In this document: positions 25,362 through 37,470 of the stretch, one piece after another
How positions within the stretch are numbered: position 1 is the first letter of the stretch
Layout of the letters: every line of letters begins with the position of its first letter
Origin: Marsupella aquatica
Taxonomy: Eukaryota > Plantae > Marchantiophyta
Reading direction: 5' to 3'
NCBI GenBank assembly: GCA_973895155.1
Contig: OZ316891.1
Location: forward strand, 22,959,884 to 23,023,883
DNA: 64,000 bases
The notes under the pieces: model-generated
Told to the model about the DNA's origin: nothing
What the model saw: only the letters and a program-made list of their open reading frames with translations
Database searches by the model: none
Program-made: the position numbers and the translations under genes

Positions 25362-28300
25362 ATGACTGAACCTACGCCAAGGGAGGAAAGAGCGATTCAA
25401 CGGGAGAGAGCTCGTCTGCAGCAGCTCGCCGGGTGGCATGATACACAGCGACTGAGAGGGGCAGAAAGAGCTGGTAGCTCCGAAGCTGGGAGTGGCATCG
25501 AAGAAGAGATACCAGAAGAAGAGTCGGTAGGAAGAAACGTGTGTCTGAGTCTGAATCCGACGTGGAACTATCAGACCCCCTCCTCATGGGGGAACCTGAG
25601 GCACGGCCAGGCGATAGGCCAGGGACCAGACTGAGCCAACGGTCGCGCATTCATTACAAGGCGTTTCATGGGAGAGGAGATGAGGATCCGGACAAATGGT
25701 TGGATGATTTCGAAGGAACCGCTGTAGCAAATGGAGAATCGGCCATCAAGATGCAGATTCTTCCCGGCCTGTTCAAGGGTGAGGCTAGGCCTTGGTACAG
25801 AGCATTGAATGTGGAAGATCAAGCCATTTGGGATATCTTCAAAACACTATTTGTTAAGGAGTTTTGACCCATTGGAACCTCAGAACTAGCAGTGCTGAAG
25901 TTGGGACGACTTCGGTTCAAGGAGAACAAATCCTTCAGGAAGTTCTTGCAACGCTTCCAAAAACTGGTAAGACGTACAAAGACCAATGCATCGGAAGGTA
26001 TGCAACTTCAATGGTTGGTGAATGCTTTGCCACAGAAGATGAGTTTTGCAATAAGAAAGGAGAACCCAAAGACTTTAGCCGAGGTAATTAAAGATATTCA
26101 ATTATACATTAATGGGGTATTTACAAACGACAGGAAACAGCAAACAGTAACAGCAAACAGAAACTGGTAACAGGAAAATGAGTGGTAATTTTTTTTGAAT
26201 TTTTTTTGAATTTTTTTTTGAATTTTTTTTTTGAATTTTTTTTTTAAAATTTTTAAATTTTTGTGCTAGCGCCCACAGCTAGCCAAAAAATGTTGTAATT
26301 TAATTTTTTTTGGAAAATTTGACTTTTTAGAAAAAGATTTGACATGGTTGTTTTTCCTGGTAACAGTAACTTTTTACTGGGAACAGGAAAATTTTTGCTG
26401 GTACCAGTAAACCTGTTTCCTGTTTACTGTCATGCATGCCATACCCTACATTAATGCAGATATCACAAGCCGGAAGAAACAGCTTAAGTCTGAGAGTTCC
26501 TCATCGGAGGAAGGATCACCCCAATAAGAAAAAGGATAAGAAAAAGAAACACTCTAAGAAGTCAAGAAATGATAACTCAAGCTCGGATAGTGGAGGTAGC
26601 AAGAGTGAGTCATCTTCTAGTTCTGAAGAAGAAAAAACTAGGAAAAGGAAGGGCAAAAGAAGAGGGAAGACGAAAGTCAATCTGGAGGCTAAACCACCAG
26701 ATAACATTGTAGCCCTTACCAAGCAGCTTAAAGCTATAATAGCAGAGGTGAAGCCGAAGAAGAAGGTAGTGCAGGAGGATAGCTCTGTATGGTGTGCCTT
26801 ATGTTATAAAACCGGACACAATAAAGATGCATGTCCTAAGCTCAATACTAGTCATGTTCGGCATGTGGCTGAAGTTAGACCATGTCAGGGAGAAGTATAA
26901 TACTTTCTAGGAGATGCCGTTGATAGTGTTTTCGGCATCAGTGAGACTGGAGCACGAGACCTATCCAACCGACCTGCATCTCTCTGGTCAGGATTAAGGA
27001 ACAATCCAGGAGAGATGTATCCTCGGATTATTCAGAATCCGTCAGTACCTCCTAGGCCGAATGTGCAAAGATTTGCGGCATGCTATAATTGTGGTCAACC
27101 TGGCCATTTTGCTAGAGAATGCCCGAATGCACGCAAACAAGGTGATGGACAGCCAGCTCAGCTATGTATGGGATGCCGACAGGAGGGTCACATGCTAGGA
27201 CAATGTCCTACTTGGTTGGCAGGATTGGCCGCAAATCATAAGCTCTTGCCGGTCAAGGTCTTGCCGCCAAGTACTACCCCAGGAGGAGTTCAAATCAACC
27301 ACATCGAGCTCGGATGGCAAGTGGATGCCGAGGCAGAGTTTGGACCATCTGATGATGAGACCGAGGCCCTATCAACATTTTCAGAAGAGGATATGGATCA
27401 TGATTGTTACCGGGTCTCTACTCGATCAACCAGAAGGAAGGAAAGATGGGATGGGCTGGCCAAAAATAAAGGGAAGGTTAAGGAAGAGAAGATCGACTCT
27501 TCGTCAACATCAACAGAAGGAGAAGGAAGGGCACCGTCAACACAGGTAAGCCATGAACCCACCAGTGAGCCCAATCCTTCATAGGATAGTGACTTCAATC
27601 GAGATCACCCAAAGTTGTTCTACCCATCTATCACGGCTAGTGTTAAGGAACAGCTGCGAGAATTAGAAACCTTGGAGAACACTGAAGCCATAGCCAAGGA
27701 TGTGGAACGAGCAAAAGCACTGTTTGCTTCGGAGGATCCAACGGCTGTGGAAATCAGCGTGAAGAAATAGGCCGAAGCCGAGATAAAGACACTGCCAGAA
27801 GAGAAGCCGATAGTTCCCTATGACCTGGCTAAAGATGTGCTAGAATCTAGAGTCTCGGCAACAGTTGGTCAACTATTGAAAAATAGCCCGTACTTCCGGA
27901 AGCAGTTAAGGAAGGCGATTCTCGGCAAACCGAGATTACCCAAGGTAGCAACCAGATCCGATGTGCTGATGATAGAAGAAGATCAAGGAGCCCCAGCATT
28001 ACCATTAATGATTCAAGGAGAATTATTACTTCGAGTACCCATCGATGGAGGATCAGGGGTATGTATTATGATTGATTCAACAGCAAAGGGGTGGGGTCTA
28101 ACACCAAAGATGACTGGAAGAGTGTTGAACATGGCCAATGGGTATCAGGTCATTCCCACGGGAGTGTTAATTGGCATCAAGACAGAGATAAGAGGTATCT
28201 TTTTTAGCATTAACTATGTAGTAATGAAGCCGGTAAATCCTACGTCATTCCGGCTGTTGATTGGTAGGCCATGGCTATACCTAGCCAAGGTAATAGAGGA

Positions 28301-29985
28301 TTGGGGTAAGAAGGAGTTCACTTTTGGGACCCCCTCTATCACGGTATCCTGGGATACCAAGGATGACCGCAGAAGAAGCATCAGGGAGGTAGACGGGTAC
28401 GATAGTGGACTGGAATCAGCCGATGAGGTACAATGGCTAGAATGCCTCGCTGACCAAACCAAAGAAAGTGTCTTTGGACCAGAGGTATCCCCCAGCGGAC
28501 TATAGCAAGAACCTATGGAAGGTGACTTGGAGGATTGTGACGATGAAGCTGAGGACTGCTTTGCCATAGAGTCCACCTTTTTAGCTTCAATTCCGGAGGA
28601 AGCACAAGAGGTAAGCCAGTTGGAAACGGCTAAGTGGGGAGCTATACCCGAGATGGTGGATTTTCCTCAAGCGTTGTGGCAGAGTCGACAAGATCCACAA
28701 TGCCATCTATCATCGGCAAGGAGTTAAAAACCAAGGGATCGGCATACAAGCCGATTACGAGGGCAGAACAAATCGAGGCCCTAGTAGAAGCCGGGAGAGC
28801 ACATCGGCCTGACCCTCAGGAGGAAGAGACGGATGAGATGCACAAACACAATCCAGAGCCGAGGCAGGAAGGGAAACCGACTACCAATTCAAAACCAGAT
28901 AGAGCGGCAAGGGGACAATCTGTGGACACCAAGGAAGAAACCGACTCGGCTAGTACTGCCGAGATTCCAGTCTATGGAGGTATGAGACTGGAGAGGTTGG
29001 AGGCCGGGTTGGACCCAAATTTGAAGAAGCAGATTAATATGATCCAAGCATGGCAATACTGGAAGCTCGACTTAAGAGAAGGAAGGGAACTGAACTTGGG
29101 GCGGGACCTAGCACTTGAGCTGGAGAAAGAGATCAGTGAATTACTAATTGAATTTCAAGATGTGTTCGCATGGAGTCATCAAGATCTGAAAGGAGTAGAC
29201 CCAAAACTGGGAGAGCACCGAATTGATCTCATGTTAGGGGCCAAATCATTTTGACAACTGATTCGAAGGATGAACCCTAAGTATTCCCTGATGGTCAAAA
29301 CGGAAATCGACAAACTAGTGGAAGCCGGATTCATCACTCCAGTCCTGCATTCAGACTGGGTGTCTCCCATTGTGATAGTTCCCAAGAAAGCTGGACCCGA
29401 TGGTAAACCCAAGATCCGGGTTTGTCAGGATTACAGGAAGCTGAATGAAGCAACGTTAAAAGACCATTTTCCTTTACCCTTTACTGATATGGTAGCCAGT
29501 CATGAACTATATTCATTCATGGATGGGTACTCTAGTTATAACCAAATCAGGATTAGGCAGGAAGACCAAATTAAGACAACCTTCATCACGGAATGGGGGA
29601 TCTATGTCTTCAATTGTATGCCGTTTGGACTCTGTAACGCACCAGCTATGTTTCAACGATTGATGGTGAACATTTTCCATGATTACTTGAGAAAGTTCAT
29701 GGAAATCTTCATTGATGACTTTGCAGTATTCGGGAAGGCATCGAAACATGCTAAATATCTAAGGAAGACCTTCATGAGATGCAGAGAGGTACGTCTCAAG
29801 TTACACCCAGATAAATGTTTCTTTGGGGTAACCAAAGGTGTGCTACTAGGTCACAAGGTATCAAAGAAGGGCATTGAGATTGACAAAGGTAAGCTAGCAG
29901 TATGGCTTGACATCATGCAACCTAAGAACATAAAGGATGTAAGATCCTTCTTGGGGTGCATTGGTTATTATCGCCGGTTCATCAA
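25362..29985 (+). pseudogene. gag-pol remnant (capsid, CCHC knuckles, aspartic protease, reverse transcriptase)
   Basis: FHGRGDEDPDKWL, CYNCGQPGHFAREC, IDGGSG..LLIGRPWL, WVSPIVIVPKK, CQDYRKLN, MPFGLCNAP, FIDD and FLGCIGYYRRFI. Confidence 0.92.
26115..26446. mobile_element. Non-autonomous Mutator-like MITE (~330 bp) inserted in gag
   Basis: TSD TACATTAATG at 26105-26114 and 26447-26456. Imperfect TIRs GGGTAT..GACAG.AAACAG.AAACAG and an internal (T)nGAA array. Confidence 0.75.
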
Positions 29986-31093
29986 TGTCAAACACTTGTC
30001 AAGGAGCTTAAGCGGCTTTTCTCCCCAAAAGACTACCTAATACCTGCTCCATATCATATCAGGGTCACAAAGGATTGACAAAACTTATGAAATGTGCCTA
30101 CAATGACTAATCACTCCATACATAAGTAGTTTCAACTCTCCACTTCTAGAGAGGTAGTCCCCTTGATTACTTTTGTACTCACACCCTTCCCCTCTCCTCT
30201 ATTCCAAGGATCAGCAAGGGGGATCTCCGCTCCAAGCTGTCACCTTAGAGAAGAGTCTCACACAAACACCCAAGAACCAAAGTACTTTCCTCTTCAAGCT
30301 TAAGTCACCTCAAGACCCTCAAAGTAGTGTTACCCCTCAACCTTGCCCCCCTGGCCTTGGTTTGGGTCCACACATCCCCTTTGAGCTCTAGAGAAGGCTC
30401 CTCTATCTAAGGACTTTTCCTCTTGTTCTTACTTCTTGTTACACCACACACCAAGCAAAATACTTTCCACCCTCAAGTTATAATCCTCTCTAAGTCTCAA
30501 AGTAGTGCTCTACCTTAACCTTGCCTCTTGGCCTTGGTTTTGTACTAGCACATCCCCTTCAAGCTTAGACCAAGATTACATCATAGCCTGGACTCTTCTC
30601 TTGCTCTCATATGCTTCAAATGCACTCACACTTAATGGTCACAATGAAGATTGGCAAGTCTCCTTTATTGCATCACCTTTACAACAAAAGTTCACTACAC
30701 ATTCTCCACACTAAGCATGGACCACCTCTCCCTTCTCAAGCTTAGCCCTACCTTGGCAAGGTAGAGATTCCACTTAAGAGATGAGACTCCCGGTCCCTAA
30801 CAAATGAAAACTTCCTCCTTATATACTATTCTCCTTCCACACCACACCAAGGTAGCCCACCAAGGACCAAGGACCAAGGACCAAAGTAGCCCACCAAGGA
30901 CCAAGGTAGCCCACCAAAGACCAAGGACCAAAGTAGCCCACCAAGGACCAAGGACCAAGGTAGCCCACCAAAGTCACACTACAACCAAAGTCCAACTAAC
31001 TACCACTCCTACTCAAGCTCCTTCACCTTGTGGTTGTCTGGTCTATTCAACCATCTCCTAGCCGCCCTTGTGCTTGACTTATTCCTGCCTTGT
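29986..31093. mobile_element. Probable LTR fragment of another family that truncates pol
   Basis: Begins TGTCA exactly where RT homology stops. Non-coding, and cut by a family A LTR end at 31094. Confidence 0.4.
30846..30972. repeat. Short tandem repeat (CCAAGGA / CCAAGGTAGCCCA units)
   Basis: About five copies of ccaa(g/a)gtagcccaccaa joined by ggaccaa heptamers. Confidence 0.8.
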
Positions 31094-33377
31094 TGTGGTG
31101 CGTCCCATGGCTCCCTAAACCCAAGAAACCCCCCAGCTCAAGCCGATTCCCGCAGGTTTCGTGCTTGGCGAGGCCGTTTCCGCGGCTTAGCGGCATGGGA
31201 CGCTGCTAACCTTCTACTACTACTATTAACATTTTACACACATATACTGGACAGATCCTTCATCGGGTCATGAGATACGTAGCCGGCCTAATATAGGCCT
31301 TCCCTTGTCTTCCCCTGTCTTCCCCTCCGTCTTGTTAGGTATGTTTGGATTCCGCCGCCGGAATGATCCCCAATAGGCTTGGTTAAGCCGCTAAGACCTC
31401 TCTCAGCTCGACACATCCAACTATCACTCCCCTGCTTACTTTCCTTCCTTCTGTTGATGTGGGCACTCTTCACACAAGTTAATGCGACACACAAATAGCA
31501 AAATGACTCATTCTGACTGAGTCATACCATGCACTTGCCATACAAACAGTACATCTCATACACAAGTTCTGCGAACTAAGCCGTGAGGCCAACTCTATTC
31601 AGCTCTTAGGCATGAGGAAACATGAATATACACAAGGGTCACTGTATGACTAACCGAGAGCTTCTCGTACTACTTGATCCCAGCCCGGCTGGTGCAAACT
31701 AAAAACTTGCTAAAGAAGAGGCCCTGAGCTCCCCGCTGCCCAGGTACTTATCCTGGTAGTGGATCCGCCATTCTTTGCATCGTAAGCCTAATCTACCTGA
31801 CAGTAATCTACTTGCCCGAATCTACCTATGTACAGCAAGGCAGGAGCACAAGTGTTGCTCCTACCAGTGGAACCGCAATCCCACTAAGCTAAGTGTCAGG
31901 GCCGCTCCTGGTTCTGATCCTAATCCTAAACGTGGAGATCCGCGCCCGCCCTGCCCACTCACGCCTCCTCCCTCCACGTCCGCCCTCCCTAAAAGGAACG
32001 GCGCCCTTGCACCGTCACGACACCGGTGGTGGATCCTCAATGGACGCCCCCAACACTTCCTCCTCAGCCACTGCCGTTGGCCCGCCTACTGACAGATTAC
32101 CTGCCCTTGACCGAGTCAACTCTCCATCGGCCTGACTGGGTCCACCTTCGGCTTCAGCCTCGACACCGGCCTCGGCAATACCCACGGCTTCGGCCTCAGC
32201 CACTCCCACGGCTTCGGCTTCAGCCACTCCCTCGACTTCGGCCTCCCCTTCCCCTAGGGTAGTTGGATCCTTAGCCGTGACCCTGTCTGGGGTCGGTGCT
32301 GGGTCTACCTCCTTGATCACCACGGCCTGTGAAGTCGTATTACTCCTTGACCCTGGAGGTTTCCGCTTCTTCTTCGTTGGTGGCTCGGCAGCTGGTCCCT
32401 TCCCCTTCCCACTTACTTCCGGCACTGGTGCAGTTGACGCGGCTTGTCCTTCGGCAATTACCACCCCTGGTAACTGGTTTGTCCCAACGGGAGATGGACC
32501 TGCTGCAGCTAAGCATTTAAATACTGCGGCTTGTTTCTTCAGCCGCTCTGTTTGGTTGTCGGCCTGCCGCTGTAGGTTCTCCATCTTCCTCGTGATTTCC
32601 TCCAACTCCTCTTGGGTTTCATCCAGGTCCTTACGTGCCCCCTCCAGCTCGTTTTTGGCCTCCTCCTGCTCCCTGTGGGCTTCCTCCAATTCCTTCTTCA
32701 AGGTAGCCCTCTCCTCCTGGGTTGCTCTTAGCTCCTTGTCGAGCTCTGCAATGATGACAGACTCCATCTGGTTCATCTTGGCGTAAGTCTGTTCGAGCAT
32801 CTCGTCCTTCTCCCTTAGGTCGGCCTTGAAGCTGGCCGTCAGGGATGCAAGCTCCTGCTGCAGCGCCATAATCCCTTGATAGGATTTCCCTAACTCGACC
32901 TCCTTCTGCTCAAGGGCTCCGTGGATTTTCTCGAGCTCCCCTTTCAACGCCCATTCCTTTCTTTGGGTCTCCGCCATGGCCCGGCTGTTGGCTGTTATGT
33001 GGGCCTCCTCTGTATTCTTCAGCTCTTGCTTCCACTTCTCCCTCTCTTTGATCGTGTCGGCCAACTCTTCCTGCGTCTGAGTCAGTTTATCCTTGATATT
33101 CTGATTATCAGCCTGCGCGGCGTCCAACTGCCCCTGCATGATGTTCAGCTCATGTCGTTTAATCCGCAGTTCATCTTGGGCTTTCTTGGCCGCCCTTAGA
33201 TTTTCAATCTCGGCTTCCATCCTCCTAAGCCGCCGAATGACCTCGTCCTTCTTGCTTCTCTCTAAAGCCACCGCTTCTTCTAATTGGTGCTTCTCCAACT
33301 GCTCCCTGTGAAAAAAGGGTCCTACCTCCAACTCCTCTCCAAAGATGCCGAGCGCAAGTTCCCCACACATCTCACCA
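31094..33377 (-). mobile_element. Family A LTR, 3' half, with intact 451-aa C-terminal part of the LTR ORF (32015-33370)
   Basis: Reverse complement of ~23050-25292, including the CA terminus. Not followed by a PBS. Confidence 0.85.
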
Positions 33378-33379
33378 GA

Positions 33380-36300
33380 TCACTGTATGACTAACCGAGA
33401 GCTTCTCTTACTACTTGATCCCAGCCCGGCTGGTGCAAACTAAAAACTTGCTAAAGAAGAGGCCCTGAGCTCCCCGCAGCCCAGGTATTTATCCTGGTAG
33501 CGGATCCGCCTAATTCTTTGCAGCGTAAGCCTAATCTACCTAACAGTAATCTACCTGCCCGGATCTACCTATGTACAGCAAGGCAGGGGCACAAGTGTTG
33601 CTCCTACCAGTGGAACCGCAATCCCACTATGCTAAGTGTCAGGGTCGCTCCTGGTCCTGATCCTAATCTTAAACTTGGAGATCAGCACCCGCCCTGCCCA
33701 CTCACGCCTCCTACCTCCACGTCCGCCCTCCCTAAAAGGAACGGCGCCCTTGCACCGTCACGACACCGGTGGTGGATCCTCAATGGACGCCCCCAACGCT
33801 TTCTCCTCAGCCACTGCCATTGGCCCGCCTACTGACAGATTACCTGCCCTTGACCAAGTCAACTCTCCATCGGCCTGACTGGGTCCACCTTCGGCTTCGG
33901 CCTCGACACCGGCCTCGGCAACACCCACAGCTTCGGCCTCAGCCACTCCCACGGCTTCGGCCTCGCCTTCTTCTAGGGTAGTTGGATCCTTTGCCGTGAA
34001 CCTGTCTGGGGTCGGTGCTGGGTCTACCTCCTTGGTCACCACGGCCTGTGGAGTCGTATTACTCCTTGACCCTGAAGGTTTCGCGCTTCTTCTTTGTTTC
34101 CGGCTTGGCAACTGGTCCCTTCCCCTTCCCACTTACTTTCGGCACTGGTGCAGGTGGCGCGGCTTGTTCTTCGGCCAATACCACTCCTAGTAACTGGTTC
34201 GCCCCAACGGGAGATGGACCTGCTGCAGCTAAGCATTTAAATACTGCGGCTTGTTTCTTCAGCCACTCTGTTTGGTTGTCGGCCCGCCGCTGTAAGTTCT
34301 CATCTTCCTCGTGATTTCCTCCAACTCCTCCTAGGTCTCATCCAGGTCCTTACGTGCCCCCTCCAGCTCGTTTTTGGCCTCCTCCTGCTCCCTGTGGGCT
34401 TCCTCCAATTCCTTCTTCAAGGTAGCCCTCTCCTCCTGGGTTGCTCTTAGCTCTTTGTCAAGCTCTGTCACGATCTCAGACTCCATTTTATTCATCTTGG
34501 CATAAGTCTGATCGAGCATATCGTCCTTCTCCCTTAGGTCGGCCTTGAAGCTGGCCGTTAGGGACGCAAGCTCCTGCTGCAGCGCAATAATCCCTTGATA
34601 GGATTTCCCTAACTCGGCCTCCTTCCGCTCAAGGGCTCCGCGGCTTTTCTCAAGCTCCCCCTTCAACGCCCATTCCTTTTTTTGGGTCTCCGCCATGACC
34701 CGGTTGTTGACTGCTATATGGGCCTCCTCTGCGTCTCTCAGCTCCTTCTTCCATTTCTCCTGTCCTTGATTGTGTCGGCCAATTCTCCCTGAGTCTGAGT
34801 CAGTTTATCCTTGATAATCTGACTATCAGCCTGCGCTGTGTCCAACTGCCCCTGCATGATGTTCAGCTCATGCCGCTTAATCCGCAATTCATCTTGGGCT
34901 TTCTTGGCCGCCCTTAGATCTTCAATGTCGGCTTCCATCCTCCTAAGCAGCCGAATGACCTCGTCCTTCTTGCTTCTCTCTAAAACCACCGCTTCATCTA
35001 ATTGGTGCTTCTCCAACTGCTCCCTATGGAAAAAGGGTCCTACCTCCAACTCCTCCCCAAAGATGCCGAGCGCAAGTTCCCCACACATCTCACCATACTC
35101 CATGGCTCTATTCTTAGCGTAGGTGGAGTAAGTAGAAGTGATCGGCATCGCCCATCGCGGCCTCTGCTCCCAAGCCGTCTTGCGGATCTCTTCAATCGTG
35201 GCTAGAGGTTTGCTTCCTTTTTCGGCTAGCCACCTGATGTCCTCCGGCCAATCTCCTCCTGGTAAATCCTTTTCCCTAGCTAGGGCTGCCTCCTCTTCCT
35301 GCCTGATTCGCTCCTGAAATTCCTGCGCCGTCCGTATTATGCCGTCAAAGCTCAGGGGAGCAACATCTGGTGGGGGAGACTCAGGGCTACTCTGCTGGTT
35401 GGGGTCCCCTCGTACTACCCTTGGAAGTGTGGGGATAAACCGGCCACAGGTCCTTACTCCTGGAACGTGATGGTCCAACCCATAGCCGGAGTTATCATGG
35501 CTGCAGTCCTCCACTGCCTCCTCTACTTCTTGGACTTCCGGCTTCTCCCTCTCTTCTTCGTCGGTAGGAGCTTCAGGCAATTCTGCCTCAGATTCAGAGC
35601 TTGAGCCTCCTACGTACATTCGAACACACGGCTTGGATTCTGGCCTGATTCTCTCCTTATTTTCGATAAAGGGGTTTTCCCTTCTAAGTCTGCTTAGGTT
35701 GACCTCTGGGGCAGTGTCCTGCATTGTTGCCGTTGTCGTTGTCGTTGCCGATCTCTTTTCTTTCTCCAGTAGTTTCAGCAGATTCTGCATGCCTGGTTGC
35801 TGCATTGGCAAGTCTTCCTTCCTTGGCCTAAACACCTGCTCAATCGTAGGGCTAACAGGTGGTTGAGGCTTTTCTGCTACCGGCCTCGGTGCTGGAGCTT
35901 CCTCGGGTGTCCTTACCTGCAAGGGAAGTACTGGGGCAAAGGTCTGACCTCCGGCATACCGGCACAACAGCGGCATGTGGTAGCCAAGCCGCGACACGCT
36001 CCCCATGCCGATTACCTGCTGCTCCTCCTTTAAGATCTTCTTCAATTGGTTGAGGAGGTGCCCGTTGTAGTCCCGGCTTGGGTCTGGCCTCTATGCCAGA
36101 TAGACCTGTGCCTTGCTGATCTCTGCCCTCGGCAAGTTACAATGCATGGTCACCCGCAAGAAGTCGATCATCTCTCCTATGTGCGGGTTGGTGCAGGTGT
36201 TCCGGAAGAAGCCATTCTTCGTTGATGGCCCGGGGAACGACCGGAACTCTTTGTCAGGCAAGGTCTTCCTGGTATCAACCTTGGTCTTATTGCCTATCGG

Positions 36301-37470
36301 CAAGCCAAACACTTCGGCAATTACCTTGGGAGTAAGATAGAAATCCTTCCCATATATCCTCGTGCAATTGGTCTTGGGTTCCCATGACCCCACGAATTCT
36401 AATAGGTCTGAATCCGACACCTCCGGCTTCAGCCATGGTAATCTTACAAAGGCCTCTAAGCCGGATCCGGCCATGAAGCCTTGGTACTTCTTGGTCTGCA
36501 TGGCCGTAAAGCATGCATCCTCCTCCTGTGCAAAATGTAGTTGCACCTCCACTGGTAGAGTTGCCGCCCAGCCCTTCCAGGTGTCATCCCTGGTTGGAAT
36601 GGCATTAATGGGATCGACCTCCTCCACTTCGGCTTCTCCCTGCCCTCTGCTCTGCTACTTGGCTGGCTTCGTTGGTGCCGCAGACCTCGTTCTTTTGGCC
36701 GGGGTGGCTTCATCGTTGACGGCTCCCTTCCTCTTCATCTCGGCTGCCATGGAGGTTTCTCCTAGCACCGTTGCCTGGATCCACCTTTCCGTGCTACCCT
36801 TCAATTCCCAGTGTATGTCATTGCAGTTCTTGATGGCCTCTCGAATGCCGATGATTCTGTCTTCGCAAAACAAAAGATCGTCGAGCTCATTGGAAGTAGG
36901 AGTCCACAAGAACTTGGCCTTGATGAGTTTGCCTCCTAAGAAAGCCGTTTTCTGCAGCTCCCACAATTGAGCGAGCTCCTGTCGTTCTCGAGCTGCCCTT
37001 TCTGATTCTTCGTCCTCGTAAGTCTTGATGTACTCAGTTGCCCGTTCGAACAGGCATCCCCAGAAATGTGCCGCTTGATTGACGTTGCTCATACCCTCCT
37101 TAGGTCGATCGTCGGTATCTACTCTCTCCCCGAGTGCTTGCCTAAGCAGCTGACAGTAGTTGGCCTCCCGTAGTCGTGTCTGCCTAGTTCGTGCTCGCAA
37201 ATGAGCCACCATCTCCTGCAAGCGCTCCTTACCCCTCTCCTCTTCCGGTCCTTCCTCCCGTTGATCCTTCCTAGCCGCCAATGCTTAGCGCGCCCTAACC
37301 CTAATCGAGTTTTCACCCCCAACGTCCTTACCTCCGGCCTCGGCCCGGGCTCCATAGTCGCCCCTAATTGTTTATATTTTCCTTGTTTTGTCCCTATACT
37401 AAGGTGTTTCCAGGGTGCATTCCTGCTTTACCTACTTAACTGGCCGAGTGATTCCTGGCTAGGCATCACA
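33380..37470 (-). mobile_element. Family A LTR lacking its last ~550 bp; decayed ORF 33758-37090
   Basis: TG terminus at 37470. ORF pieces of 208, 178, 435, 121 and 124 aa. Confidence 0.85.

Larger units (their letters stand above)
20608..29985 (+). mobile_element. Ty3/gypsy family A element: 5' LTR, PBS, gag-PR-RT; 3'-truncated
   Basis: LTR TGTGATGC...GCACCACA, then PBS, gag, protease and RT in gypsy order. No RNase H or integrase remains. Confidence 0.9.
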
